A DNA stretch of 64,000 bases from Candidatus Heimdallarchaeota archaeon (GCA_011364965.1 RDOB01000004.1:262036-326035), one strand, 5' to 3'. Shown: positions 1 through 9,917, counted from the stretch's first letter. A program made the numbers and translations. The notes: generated from the letters alone by a model not told the origin.

Positions 1-217
1 CAACAAATACTCTTTTTGTTTCTTGATTAAGACTGATAGTTCTAACAGCCATGTCATAAGGATTATTCATATCAGTAAAATAATATTCCCAGATAATGGT
101 ATCCTTTACCGTTGTGTTAGCTAGTGTCGAGTGTATACTCACAGAGAAAATAATAAGGTTTATTAGAATGACAATTTGTAAAGATTGCCTAGATTCATAA
201 GAATTTAATTTTTCCAA
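1..217 (-). CDS. 5' part of a secreted/surface protein (runs off window)
   Basis: Open frame from TTG at 217: MEKLNSYESRQSLQIVILINLIIFSVSIHSTLANTTVKDTIIWEYYF..., with a signal-peptide-like hydrophobic stretch; GAAGGAG SD-like sequence upstream. Not in the ORF track. Confidence 0.6.
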   Translation of the reverse strand, partial: MEKLNSYESRQSLQIVILINLIIFSVSIHSTLANTTVKDTIIWEYYFTDMNNPYDMAVRTISLNQETKRVFV

Positions 218-574
218 TTATCTAATACTCCTTCATAATGTAGTTCTATATGTCCAATATTCATTTCCCTTCTAAACTATCTAATAAGGAACCAATATGA
301 TTACCATAATTTTTTACTTACGTATTTTTACACTTTAGAATCTTTTTGATACTCACGTCCTAATTGTGACTATAGTCGCGCGATTGATTAATAAGGTTCT
401 TCGTTTTTTAAATTAAAATCTCACGCGAGCAAATCCAACTCTACCTGTGCCTTGTAAAGCTGACATAGATAGAACTAAGGAACAAAAAGTCATTATTTAA
501 AGACTATTAAAAAAGATAAATATAATAAATCTATTCTCCAAACCCAACGATTATCTCTTGAATCACCCTTCCTA

Positions 575-735
575 GCGGGGGTAGCCAAGCCAGGTCAATG
601 GCGCGCAACCCAATGGGCTAGAAGACATCAGAGGATGTCATAGGCGCCGCTTAGAGGCGCTGGACTTAAGATCGCTTAACTAGATAAGCTATCCAGTCTC
701 AAAGGAGTTCGAGGGTTCAAACCCCTCCCCCCGCA
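575..735 (+). tRNA. tRNA-Leu(TAA) with two introns (D-loop 599-654; canonical 37/38 671-690)
   Basis: Acceptor GCGGGGG/CCCCCGC-A; anticodon arm CTGGA-CT-TAA-G|A-TCCAG; long variable arm; T-arm GAGGG-TTCAAAC-CCCTC. BHB-type junctions at both introns. Confidence 0.93.
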
Positions 736-759
736 CTATAATTACTCTCTTTTATACTT

Positions 760-2070
760 TTATATGCATATTTCTCCAAGCAGGTAACTTTTTCCTGCCT
801 CAGTAATTTCTACGTCTACAAACTGGCCAATCACATGGGTTGATGTGTCAAGGATGACAGGTAGATATGAAGTATTCCTCCCTTGGAGTTGATGGGGTTT
901 TTTCCCTGGTTCATCTATTAGAACTCTCCCTTTCCATCCTATCCACTCCTTTAAATTAGTTTCAGTGATTTTACCTGTAAGCTTGGCTAGCTCCTTACTT
1001 CGTTGAGATTTTACTTGGGTTGGGATTTTACATGGCATTTTTGCAGCTATAGTTCCAGGTCGGTCAGTATATTTCGAGATGTTGACAATAGTTGGCTGGA
1101 TTGTTTGTAAGAGAAGCTTAGTGGCCTGAAAATCAGTATTTGACTCCCCTGGAAACCCCACGATGATATCAGTTGCTACAACTAATTCATCAATTCTCTC
1201 TTTCAGGCGAGTCAATAATTCGAGAAATTCAGAAACGGTCTCCCTTCGCTGCATTAATTTCAATATTGGATCAGATCCAGACTGAATTGGAAGATGGAGA
1301 AATCGAAAAACGCTGGTTTTCTTCATTTGCAATATTAACTCCGTTTCGAACTTTTTAATGGTGAGTGGGGTCATCATTCCAAGGCGAATGAAATAATGGC
1401 CATTTATATGTGTAAGTTGCTGTAGTAGTGTTGGTAAATACACCTGAGGAGAGAAATCCCAGCCATAAGTCCCCAAATCCTGTGCAGTAAGCCAGATCTC
1501 TCGAGTTCCAGCATTTATAGCTGATCTAAATTCTTCACTGATTGACTCAGGAGTCCGTGAACGCAATTTTCCCTTAGCATGTTTTACTATACAATATGCA
1601 CAGTTTGAGAGGCATCCTCGGGCAACCTCAATTGTAGTAATAATCGGGTTGTACCGTTCACGAGGATTCTGATAGAGTTTAGCCCAACTGGCTGCTTCCT
1701 CCCTTTTAATCTCGGATACTGGTTGATTTGCCAATTTCGCAAGGATTTGGTCTGCTTGGTCAGGAAAAAGGATCGAAGCGTTAGGAAGATGGGAATTTAC
1801 CCACCCCCGCATCACTATTGGTAGACAACCAGTAATTACCAAATGAGGTACATCTTTAAGCGATAGTAATAAGTCCTTGATTTTATGTTCGGTGTTTTGC
1901 TTCACCACACAGGTATTGACAATCACTATGTCCGCTTCTTCTGTTATTTCGGTCAACAAGTAGTCATTGCTTTTTAAAATACCCATCAAACCTTCAGCTA
2001 TAGCACGATTAGCGCTACAACCATAATTATACACCTTCACTTGACTTTTTGAGTTGTGCTGACATGGCAA
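760..2070 (-). CDS. tRNA t6A37 methylthiotransferase (MiaB-like, archaeal e-MtaB/CDKAL1 type)
   Basis: N-terminal YGCSAN...NTCVVK...GC (UPF0004), radical SAM CLSNCAYC, C-terminal TRAM domain. True start may be GTG at 2040. Confidence 0.9.
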   Translation of the reverse strand: MPCQHNSKSQVKVYNYGCSANRAIAEGLMGILKSNDYLLTEITEEADIVIVNTCVVKQNTEHKIKDLLLSLKDVPHLVITGCLPIVMRGWVNSHLPNASILFPDQADQILAKLANQPVSEIKREEAASWAKLYQNPRERYNPIITTIEVARGCLSNCAYCIVKHAKGKLRSRTPESISEEFRSAINAGTREIWLTAQDLGTYGWDFSPQVYLPTLLQQLTHINGHYFIRLGMMTPLTIKKFETELILQMKKTSVFRFLHLPIQSGSDPILKLMQRRETVSEFLELLTRLKERIDELVVATDIIVGFPGESNTDFQATKLLLQTIQPTIVNISKYTDRPGTIAAKMPCKIPTQVKSQRSKELAKLTGKITETNLKEWIGWKGRVLIDEPGKKPHQLQGRNTSYLPVILDTSTHVIGQFVDVEITEAGKSYLLGEICI

Positions 2071-2156
2071 GATTGGCTTTCCCGAACAATTCTAGATTCC
2101 GCTAACCTTTTTTATTGGCCTGAGGGTTCCTAATTCTTGTCCAGAATCTTTTTGAG

Positions 2157-2306
2157 GTGTCAAACATTCGAACCGTAACTCTGTATGTAGAAGAAGAACA
2201 GATCGACGCAATGGCCGAGCTTGTTAGGAGTGGAAAATATCCTAATCGATCTGAATTTGTACGCTCTGCAATTCGAGAGTTAATTGATAAGCACCGACAA
2301 GAATAA
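2157..2306 (+). CDS. Ribbon-helix-helix (CopG/CdrS-like) regulator, 49 aa
   Basis: Manual translation from GTG: MSNIRTVTLYVEEEQIDAMAELVRSGKYPNRSEFVRSAIRELIDKHRQE; typical RHH 'G.YPNRSE.VR.AIR'. Too short for the ORF track. Confidence 0.85.
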   Translation: MSNIRTVTLYVEEEQIDAMAELVRSGKYPNRSEFVRSAIRELIDKHRQE

Positions 2307-2325
2307 AATATCTTTATAGCTCACT

Positions 2326-3273
2326 TCAACTGTTATTTCTTTTAGTATCTTCTTGGATCCAGTTAACAATTAATGGAACAATACTTACTGTTAATAATCC
2401 ATCAATCTGTGTTTTAATCGTGTTGGTTGATACAATTAAACGCGGTTCAATTGCTTGAAGATTTTTGAAGTTCTCTGGTGTATGAACAGGGTGAATATAG
2501 CCAAAAAAAATTGTTGATGCGCCATTTTCTCGGGCAATTTTAGCTGCGCCAATCATGGTACTTCCAGAGCTAACCAAATCATCAATTATGAGTACTGGTC
2601 GCCCCTGTACTTCAATCGATTCTCCAACTAAAGATTGAGTTATATTACCAGTATTTGGATCTCTCTCTTTATGAATTGCCCCATAAGAGGGAGTTTTTAA
2701 AGCAGAAGCTGCCTCTTTTGCCAATAGGATTGCTCCTTCATCTGGAGCTAAACATACAACAGCATCTGGGGAAGTCACATATGTTACTATTTTCTCTGCT
2801 ATTATTGGGATAGCTGACAGGTGGAAAACATCAGCTTTCTGAAAATACTCGTATAACTCACTTTTGCCATAAATATGGGAATTAACAGTAAGAAAATTTG
2901 CCACTCCTGCAGATTCCAGCATCTGTGCCAGAAACTTTATCGAAATAGGCTCTCCTAATCGCGATACACGATCTTGCCGGGAATACGCGTGGTAAGGCAT
3001 GATACAGGTCATAACAGCAGGATTATATTGTTTAATATTATATAATATCAATAATAGGGAAATAATATAATCATTTTTGGATTGATTTGCATCTATCTGC
3101 ATTGCTACAATAACATGAGCATCTGTGAAATCGAAATCTTTTGAAATGAGCAATCGAGGACAAATTTCTCCGTCAGGAAAAATTCTTTCATTAATTTCTA
3201 TGAAAAGAGAATTTGAAATACTTTCAGCGATTTTTCCTGCAAATTCAGGTTTTCCAACAAGCACTAAATTCAA
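2326..3273 (-). CDS. prs: Ribose-phosphate pyrophosphokinase
   Basis: FPDGE, YSRQDR, APDEGA and the PRPP-binding IIDDLVSSGST motif. Confidence 0.93.
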   Translation of the reverse strand: MNLVLVGKPEFAGKIAESISNSLFIEINERIFPDGEICPRLLISKDFDFTDAHVIVAMQIDANQSKNDYIISLLLILYNIKQYNPAVMTCIMPYHAYSRQDRVSRLGEPISIKFLAQMLESAGVANFLTVNSHIYGKSELYEYFQKADVFHLSAIPIIAEKIVTYVTSPDAVVCLAPDEGAILLAKEAASALKTPSYGAIHKERDPNTGNITQSLVGESIEVQGRPVLIIDDLVSSGSTMIGAAKIARENGASTIFFGYIHPVHTPENFKNLQAIEPRLIVSTNTIKTQIDGLLTVSIVPLIVNWIQEDTKRNNS

Positions 3274-3440
3274 AAGGACGTCATCCTTCTCTAAAATGAA
3301 TATTTAACTTTAAATTTTAATGAAATTTTGAGGTTGTTGATATTCAGATCATCTGAATCCTTTAAATGTATCAGGTACTCTTTGAAGCTTTTTGAAATAC
3401 CACTTAAATGTAACAAAAATTAGCAAATTCCTTTCCTAGT

Positions 3441-4682
3441 GTGTTTATTATGAGCAAAGATTCAGAACGTAAATGGTTGACCACAAATATCATCATGATG
3501 GGATTAATATCCTTTTTTGCAGATGTTTCTGGAGAAATGATGACTCCAGTCTTACCCTTATTTATTGCAGCATTGGGAGGATCCAGTTTGGTCGTTGGTT
3601 TCATAGGAGGATTCGGGGACGCAGTAGCAAACATTGTTAAGGTATTTTCTGGCTATATTGCAGACAAAACGGGAAGAAGAAAGTTATTAATTGCAATTGG
3701 ATATGGAATTCCCTTCTTTGCCAAATTAGGGATCGGAGTGTCAAATACTTGGGAACAGGTTCTAATCTTGAAACCCACTGAACGATTAGGAAAAGGAATT
3801 CGAGGAGCCCCTCGTGATTCTTTGGTAGCTGATTCGGTGGAAGAAGAATATCGGGGACGAGCATTTGGATTTCATAGAATGATGGATACCGCGGGGGCAA
3901 TTTTCGGTTCGTTTTTAGCTTTAATAATCGTGATAGCCTTTTCAAGTACTTTAACAACAGAACAAACGATTTTACAGGTTGTTATAATTGTTTCAGCCTT
4001 TATATCTCTCTTAGCAGTCATCCCAATCGCATTTTTAACAGATGCGCGAGAGACTCTGGAAAACGTTTCTGTTAGGACGAGAAATTTTGTAGAAAATCTG
4101 AAACAACTTCCTAAAGGGTTTTATAAGTTTCTAATTGTGTCGAGCATCTTTGGGTTGAGTAACTTCACAATTCTACTTTTTATTCTACACGTTAGGCTAG
4201 TCATAGGTTTGGATTCAACTGCTTCAGCATTGGACTTGGTAGTTTTTCCAATATTGGTTTTTATTTGGTTCAATATCATTTACACTGTATTGTCTATTCC
4301 TTTTGGTACTTGGTCAGACAAGTACGGAAGAAAACCAATCTTTGCGTTGGGAATAGCATTATTTGCTATTGTTTGCATTGGGTTTACTTTAACAGAGAAT
4401 ATATGGATGTTTTTCGCTTTATTTGGCCTTTATGGAGCATTTAATGCAGCTAACGACGGAATTCAGAAAGCATATGCCGTGGATCTTCTACCAAACGAAT
4501 TAAAAGGAACAGGGATTGGGTTATTACAAACCCTGATAGGTTTAGCAAGTGTTTTGGGAGGAATCCTCGCAGGCGCGTTATATGATCTTAATTTCATTTG
4601 GATGTTTATATATGGAGCAGGAGTGGCAATCATTGCGTTGATCCTTTTCCTTTGGCTGAAAATCCCCTTGAAACACGAGTAA
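3441..4682 (+). CDS. MFS transporter
   Basis: About 12 TM segments; motif A GYIADKTGRRK repeated as GTWSDKYGRK. Confidence 0.9.
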   Translation: MFIMSKDSERKWLTTNIIMMGLISFFADVSGEMMTPVLPLFIAALGGSSLVVGFIGGFGDAVANIVKVFSGYIADKTGRRKLLIAIGYGIPFFAKLGIGVSNTWEQVLILKPTERLGKGIRGAPRDSLVADSVEEEYRGRAFGFHRMMDTAGAIFGSFLALIIVIAFSSTLTTEQTILQVVIIVSAFISLLAVIPIAFLTDARETLENVSVRTRNFVENLKQLPKGFYKFLIVSSIFGLSNFTILLFILHVRLVIGLDSTASALDLVVFPILVFIWFNIIYTVLSIPFGTWSDKYGRKPIFALGIALFAIVCIGFTLTENIWMFFALFGLYGAFNAANDGIQKAYAVDLLPNELKGTGIGLLQTLIGLASVLGGILAGALYDLNFIWMFIYGAGVAIIALILFLWLKIPLKHE

Positions 4683-4720
4683 GAACCTCTTATTCTAAAA
4701 ATACAGTCGGTAATAAGTCG

Positions 4721-5491
4721 TTACCAAGGTAGCTCCTGCCCCTGCCAATCAAAAAACTTCCCACTATCCTCGAGTGTAAGAGAATCAATAACCTTAATCA
4801 TCCCACTGATGGATTGTTTGGGGACAAGAGGAGCATATGGCCCCCCTAGATCCGTTTTTGCATGTCCAGGATGCAAAGGAATGACAATAATCCCTTTGTC
4901 CCGTAATTCTAACGAGAGGAGCTTGGAAAACATATTTAATGCGGTTTTACTCGCACAATAGCTATAGCGGAAGACCAAATTTTTTCGGGTAATTGAGCTA
5001 AGCCCCGAAGTAATATTAATGATTCTGGGGGAATTTCCCCGTTCGATTAAATCTAGAAATTTCTCAACAAGTAACACAGGTGCAATAGCATTGATCCGAA
5101 AGACCTTCTCAATATCTTCAGTGTGAAGGCCTCCAAGAGTGTAGCTTGTAGCGGAACCGCCAGAAGCTATCCCTGCATTGTTAATAAAAATATCAATACT
5201 ATCAAAATAAGACTTTACTTCACGATATGCATGATTACATGATTCATAACTTGCTACGTCGAGCTGAATAAGTGATAATAAATCTTCATGAGAATTAAGT
5301 ATCGTATGAAGATGCTTTATGTTACTAGGATTTCTATATGTTGCCAGAACTTGATCTCCGCGTTTTAAGTATTGCTTAACGAATTCTAACCCCAATCCGC
5401 GATTGGTCCCAGTAATAAACACTTTCATTGAATTAACCCGTAGGAACAAGCTATCTAACCAGTTTTCATTGAGAAATAAATAAATGTTCAC
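4721..5491 (-). CDS. SDR family oxidoreductase (CsgA/C-factor-like)
   Basis: TGTNRGLG, NNAG, YCASK, LHPG..TDLGG; probable start at MKVFITG. Confidence 0.9.
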   Translation of the reverse strand: MNIYLFLNENWLDSLFLRVNSMKVFITGTNRGLGLEFVKQYLKRGDQVLATYRNPSNIKHLHTILNSHEDLLSLIQLDVASYESCNHAYREVKSYFDSIDIFINNAGIASGGSATSYTLGGLHTEDIEKVFRINAIAPVLLVEKFLDLIERGNSPRIINITSGLSSITRKNLVFRYSYCASKTALNMFSKLLSLELRDKGIIVIPLHPGHAKTDLGGPYAPLVPKQSISGMIKVIDSLTLEDSGKFFDWQGQELPW

Positions 5492-5504
5492 CAGAAAATA
5501 AGAG

Positions 5505-5611
5505 CGGGCGCAGAGGGAATTTCACCACAAGAGAGAGAGTCTGCCTGTAGATTTGAACCCCCGGCCAACAGGTTAAAAGCCTGTCGCTCTACCTGGCTGA
5601 GCTATGCGCCC
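5505..5611 (-). tRNA. tRNA-Lys(TTT) with a 33-nt T-loop (59/60) intron at 5519-5551
   Basis: Reverse complement GGGCGCA...ACAGG-CTTTTAA-CCTGT...GGGGG-TTCAAA|intron|T-CCCTC-TGCGCCC-G; strict BHB (TTCA/TGAA helix, AAT and ATT bulges). Confidence 0.95.
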
Positions 5612-5621
5612 AAAAGGAGTA

Positions 5622-5727
5622 TGGCGCCCCGATCGGGATTTGAACCCGAGTCGGATGGGTTCTGCGGACTGCCAGAGCGAGAGCCCTTGACAGCCATCAA
5701 TGCTAAGCCAAACTACACCATCGGGGC
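5622..5727 (-). tRNA. tRNA-Asp(GTC) with a canonical 28-nt intron (5660-5687) and encoded CCA
   Basis: GCCCCGA/TCGGGGC-G-CCA; GATGG-CT-GTC-A|intron|C-CCATC; BHB helix CTGT/GCAG. Confidence 0.95.
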
Positions 5728-5978
5728 TTCTTTGAACGTTTTTTAGCTTGTAATTTCGTCCAATCTTTGAACCGTTTTGTAAACAGGCTCTTTTTATCTA
5801 TTTCTTTTGTGCAGATGCTTTTTCAAGCACGTCTGCCTTTCTTATCTAAGATTAAAAAGCTTTTTTACATTACCAGATTTTTCCCCTGACTTTGAGCAAA
5901 ATCTTTTAATTTAGTAGCTTAGGCTGAATCATTTGCTGGGTGAAGCTTCTAGGACTTCACTCTGGTACCCAGATACTC

Positions 5979-6163
5979 GCTGGGGTGGCTTAAGCGGTTG
6001 TGTGATAGCAATCGTGGCGAAGCCTGGTATAGCGCGGGACTCATAATCTGAGAAAAGTTCTCACATGAGTAAGGGCAACACGCGCAGAGGAGATATCCCG
6101 AAGTCGGGGGTTCAAAAGAAAAATAGGTCGATTGACCTTTTTCTGAGACGCCCCCCCCCAGCA
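5979..6163 (+). tRNA. Elongator tRNA-Met(CAT) with three introns (~14/15: 5993-6021; 37/38: 6046-6094; 59/60: 6117-6149)
   Basis: Removing the three hairpin inserts gives GCTGGGGTGGCTTAGCCTGGTATAGCGCGGGACTCATAATCCCGAAGTCGGGGGTTCAAAGCCCCCCCCCAGCA, a complete cloverleaf with G1-C72. Confidence 0.9.
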
Positions 6164-6198
6164 TCTTCTTTACCAGAACTGATGCCTTATGTTGCATA

Positions 6199-6333
6199 GC
6201 TCCGATAGTGTAGCATGGCCCATCATTTAGGGCTCTCACCCCTAAGAAGCTAATCCCCAATGGATTGGCTGAGGATACCCGGGTTCAAAAATTTAACACT
6301 TTTCGTGTTTTATTGAAAGTCCCGGTCGGAGCA
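6199..6333 (+). tRNA. tRNA-Glu(CTC) with two non-canonical introns (variable loop ~45/46: 6247-6276; 59/60: 6290-6319)
   Basis: GCTCCGA/TCGGAGC-A; TAGGG-CTCTCAC-CCCTA; AG|intron|AC; CCGGG-TTCAAA|intron|T-CCCGG; BHB-like junctions. Confidence 0.92.
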
Positions 6334-6357
6334 CTACTTTATTTTTTTCTCAGCAGA

Positions 6358-7725
6358 CTAACTCATTAATCCTTCTAACCCTGGTGGTATTCCCCCTTGC
6401 GGCCCCCCACGACGTCCTCTCATTTTCCGCATCATCTTTAGCTGCTTATTCATCACATTAAATTGGTTCAAAAGCATTTTAACTTCTTGAGGATGAGCTC
6501 CAGCCCCCCGAGCAATTCGTTGAATCCGTTTGCCTTTTATTATCCGTGGATTATCCAGTTCTTCATCTGTCATGGAAGAGCATATTGCTACAAATCGTTG
6601 CATATTTTTCTGACTTTCTTCCTCCATTAATTGTTTTTGTCCCCCCATTAACCCACTGATACCGGGAATTTTTCCTACCATTTTTGAGAGAGCAGATTGT
6701 TTGCTTGCGCTTTCCAGTTGGGTTTTAAAATGTCGTAAGGTGAGTTTACCCTTCTTATATGCATCCCGCAATTCTGCGGTATCTTCTTCAGCAAATGTTT
6801 CATTTACAGTGTTAACTAATCCCTCTATATCGCCCATTCCAAGCAATGAACTCACAAATCGTGTTGGATTGAATGTTTCAAAATCTCCGATTTTTTCCCC
6901 ATCAGCATAGAAGCGGATTTTCGCTCCAGTTATTGCTACTGCAGAGATTGCGCCACCTCCTTTTGCCGAACCATCCATCTTAGTTAAAATAATGGATCCG
7001 ATTGGTGTTGCACGATTAAATGCATCGGCTTGAGCTTGTGCTTGCTGACCTATTGTAGCATCAACTATCAGAAGAATTTCTGTTGGCTTTGCAATCTTAC
7101 TAATTTGTTCCATTTCTTTTATTAAAGCTTTTTCTTCTTTATGACGCCCAGTAGTATCTATTAGTATTAAATTTGTATTTTTCTTTTCCTTAAAATATTT
7201 TAAACCATTCTTTATAACACTTGTAGCCTTTTTTTCGTCTTTTTCACCATACACTTCCACTTCAATTGGTTTGAGATATTGTTGAAGTTGATCCAGAGCT
7301 CCGGGTCTAAATGTGTCTCCTCCAATCACTCCAACTTTAAACCCTCTTTTCTGGTAATAATTAGCCACTTTTCCGATACTGGTTGTTTTTCCCGAACCTT
7401 GAATCCCAACAAACATAAGAACCGATTTTTCGTTAGGATTGATCCTCAAGGGATCCTCTCTTCTTCCTAGAAGAGTGGTTAGCTCATCATATATCACTTT
7501 AATTGTATAATCTCGTCTACTGACAGCTAGTGGGATGTCATCTTTTAAAGCCTTTTCTCTTACGCGTTCGGTCATTCCCATGACTAGATCGAGATTCACA
7601 TCTCCCCCGAGGAGCGCATTTTCAAGATCTCTTATTAATTCATCGATTAATTTCTTATCGACAATGGGTGCTCCCCGAATTTTCATTAAAGTCGTTCTTA
7701 ATGAAGAGCTAAGGCCTTCAAGCAT
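6358..7725 (-). CDS. srp54: Signal recognition particle protein SRP54
   Basis: GIQGSGKTT, DTFRPGA, DTTGR, TKMDGSAKGGGA; M domain SMTDEELDNP...RIARGAG. Confidence 0.96.
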   Translation of the reverse strand: MLEGLSSSLRTTLMKIRGAPIVDKKLIDELIRDLENALLGGDVNLDLVMGMTERVREKALKDDIPLAVSRRDYTIKVIYDELTTLLGRREDPLRINPNEKSVLMFVGIQGSGKTTSIGKVANYYQKRGFKVGVIGGDTFRPGALDQLQQYLKPIEVEVYGEKDEKKATSVIKNGLKYFKEKKNTNLILIDTTGRHKEEKALIKEMEQISKIAKPTEILLIVDATIGQQAQAQADAFNRATPIGSIILTKMDGSAKGGGAISAVAITGAKIRFYADGEKIGDFETFNPTRFVSSLLGMGDIEGLVNTVNETFAEEDTAELRDAYKKGKLTLRHFKTQLESASKQSALSKMVGKIPGISGLMGGQKQLMEEESQKNMQRFVAICSSMTDEELDNPRIIKGKRIQRIARGAGAHPQEVKMLLNQFNVMNKQLKMMRKMRGRRGGPQGGIPPGLEGLMS

Positions 7726-7837
7726 AAATAATTCCCTTCAGTCGCTATGGTTCTATAAACTTACGATTTTCTCTATTTATTATTTGTATTTATATTGACT
7801 GTTTTTTGGTTTTTTATTTTTTAAGATCTGTGATCAA

Positions 7838-8386
7838 TTACAATGTTAAAGATTGCTCAAAACGATCAATTAAATAATTAAGAATGGTAATTGTCTGGGA
7901 ACTCAAGTAGATTCTTGACCCTAATGACGCTTTTGGATAGAGGTCTAGTTGTTGCTTGAACTCCTCGGAGAAACCCGCCTGATCTCCAATAATATATGTG
8001 TTGTATTGATGTAATAAATTCTCGGATTGTGATTTAGTGTCCGTTAACACAATCGGGTCATAATTTGAAATAAAATTATCAAATGATTCACTATAGAATA
8101 TAATTCCAGGATAGTTTTTCCCTGAAAATACTTTTCTCAATACACCTGCTATTGCTCTTTCATCAGGATTGATTCCCCTTACCTCCTCTCCCTGAATTTG
8201 CATAATCTTTCCAGTTTTCAAAAAAATTATTGATAGTGTCACATTCTTCCGAAATCCATCTGATAAATAAAAAGATGCAGTAACACATCTACATATAACG
8301 TCTAATCGCCCGAAAGCTGTTAATGAATTTATAGAAAGTGAAGCACTTGTGTCTACGGTATTTGAGATAATTATAAAATGCCTCAT
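7838..8386 (-). CDS. trmY: tRNA (pseudouridine54-N1)-methyltransferase (SPOUT)
   Basis: GRLDVICRC, PDERAIA, IIGDQAGF, SLG motifs; near pus10. Confidence 0.85.
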   Translation of the reverse strand: MRHFIIISNTVDTSASLSINSLTAFGRLDVICRCVTASFYLSDGFRKNVTLSIIFLKTGKIMQIQGEEVRGINPDERAIAGVLRKVFSGKNYPGIIFYSESFDNFISNYDPIVLTDTKSQSENLLHQYNTYIIGDQAGFSEEFKQQLDLYPKASLGSRIYLSSQTITILNYLIDRFEQSLTL

Positions 8387-8483
8387 TTTCTTTCAGATCC
8401 TCAATTTGAGCTCAAAATTCTTCCTGATAATCTTCATTCATCCGTGATATTTGGGAGTTTTAATAATTCTATGTTTATTTTTT

Positions 8484-9917
8484 CTACGATTCTGAACCTC
8501 GTGCATAAGAGACAAGAGCACCCAATGCTACAAACAAACCTAAGATAATAAAGGTCGTTCCCAAACTTTGGTAATAAGTTAAATTATAATCAACGTTTTT
8601 TAGAGGATTCAGCCCAAAAAACATACCAAACAACGCGGTTGAAAGCGCTGTGCCGATTGAAAAGCCAATCGTTCTTGATAAATTTAGGATCCCTGATACT
8701 ATACTTAAATCCTCTCTTGGGGCAATGTTCATGACTGAAGTCCCATTTGAATTGGTAAAAATCGCTAATGATCCTGCGCTTAATCCTACAAGTAATAAAA
8801 TTACTATCAAATTCATTTCAGAGTTTATTAACGAGAGAGCAAGGATGAATATAACTTCTAAGATGGCTCCTCCTGTAGCAAGCATTCGTGTATCGACTTT
8901 TTCCGCTAAATATCCTGCAACGGGTCCAGTGAGCGACATTACAGCAGGGGAAACAATTAGTAATAGACCTGTTTGAGACTGTGTAAAGAGTAAAACCTCC
9001 TGATAGAAGAATGGAAAAAGGAAAAAAACTCCATTGATTCCCATATAACATAACATCGCAGATATTGCTCCTGCAGTGATCTTACGATTCTTAAGCAACT
9101 TTATTGACATCATTGGATTGGGGTGGTGGTTTTCACAATAAAGGAAAAGTATGAAACAAACCATTGATGAGAAAAGAAAGAGTGGGCCTATTAGTTCTTC
9201 GTCAAATGTGAATGTAATGCCTGCTATTAAGGAGAATGTAGTCGATGCAAAAAGAATTACGCCAATAAAATCAAAATTGGCGTTATTTTTTGTTTCTGTT
9301 TCTGGGATTACCCTTTGTACAAGTATAATTCCAATTAAACCAATTGGAATGTTGATGATAAAAATACTAGGCCATCCAACATTTTCAGTGAGTATTCCAC
9401 CGAGAACTGGGCCAGTAGATAGTGCAATAGCTACAACAAAGCTATTTATTCCAATAGCACGCCCTTTTTTCCGAGGATCGACATAAGTCATAACCAATCC
9501 TAGGCCATTTGACATCATACCTGCAGCTCCGATTGCTTGAACAATTCGTGCCATTGTAAGGAATAATAATGATGTAGCTACTCCCGATAGTAAGGAACCG
9601 AGAACAAAGAACAGCATCCCAATTTGAAAGATTCTTTTTCTTCCGAATGTATCTCCCAAACTTCCTCCCAAACCCATCAATGCGGACATAGTTAGTAAGT
9701 ATACTAATACAATCCATCGTATTCCTGCCATATTAGTATTTAGGCTAGCAGCAATAGTTAATAGTGAAACATTAACTATAGATCCGTCCATTGCAGCCAT
9801 AAATACTCCTATTGATGTAATAGGTAAAATCGTGCTAATTGGAAGTATTAATCTTGCATAAGAAATAGAATTAACCTCTGAACCACTGTTATCATACATT
9901 TTACTGCCCAAAATCAA
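8484..9917 (-). CDS. MFS drug:H+ antiporter (DHA2/EmrB-QacA type)
   Basis: MDGSIVNVSL, LGDTFGRKR, GPVLGGIL...GWPSIFIINIPIG; about 14 TM. Confidence 0.9.
   Translation of the reverse strand: MILGSKMYDNSGSEVNSISYARLILPISTILPITSIGVFMAAMDGSIVNVSLLTIAASLNTNMAGIRWIVLVYLLTMSALMGLGGSLGDTFGRKRIFQIGMLFFVLGSLLSGVATSLLFLTMARIVQAIGAAGMMSNGLGLVMTYVDPRKKGRAIGINSFVVAIALSTGPVLGGILTENVGWPSIFIINIPIGLIGIILVQRVIPETETKNNANFDFIGVILFASTTFSLIAGITFTFDEELIGPLFLFSSMVCFILFLYCENHHPNPMMSIKLLKNRKITAGAISAMLCYMGINGVFFLFPFFYQEVLLFTQSQTGLLLIVSPAVMSLTGPVAGYLAEKVDTRMLATGGAILEVIFILALSLINSEMNLIVILLLVGLSAGSLAIFTNSNGTSVMNIAPREDLSIVSGILNLSRTIGFSIGTALSTALFGMFFGLNPLKNVDYNLTYYQSLGTTFIILGLFVALGALVSYARGSES

Noticed and set aside
5935-5975. 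Hairpin-rich leader upstream of tRNA-Met as a separate ncRNA or tRNA fragment
   Set aside because: Only short stems, with no cloverleaf or recognisable family.
6046-6094. Box C/D guide RNA inside the tRNA-Met intron
   Set aside because: CTGA is present, but there is no proper RTGATGA...CTGA arrangement.
5949-6260. 103-aa ORF on the - strand
   Set aside because: It lies antisense over tRNA-Met and tRNA-Glu; spurious.
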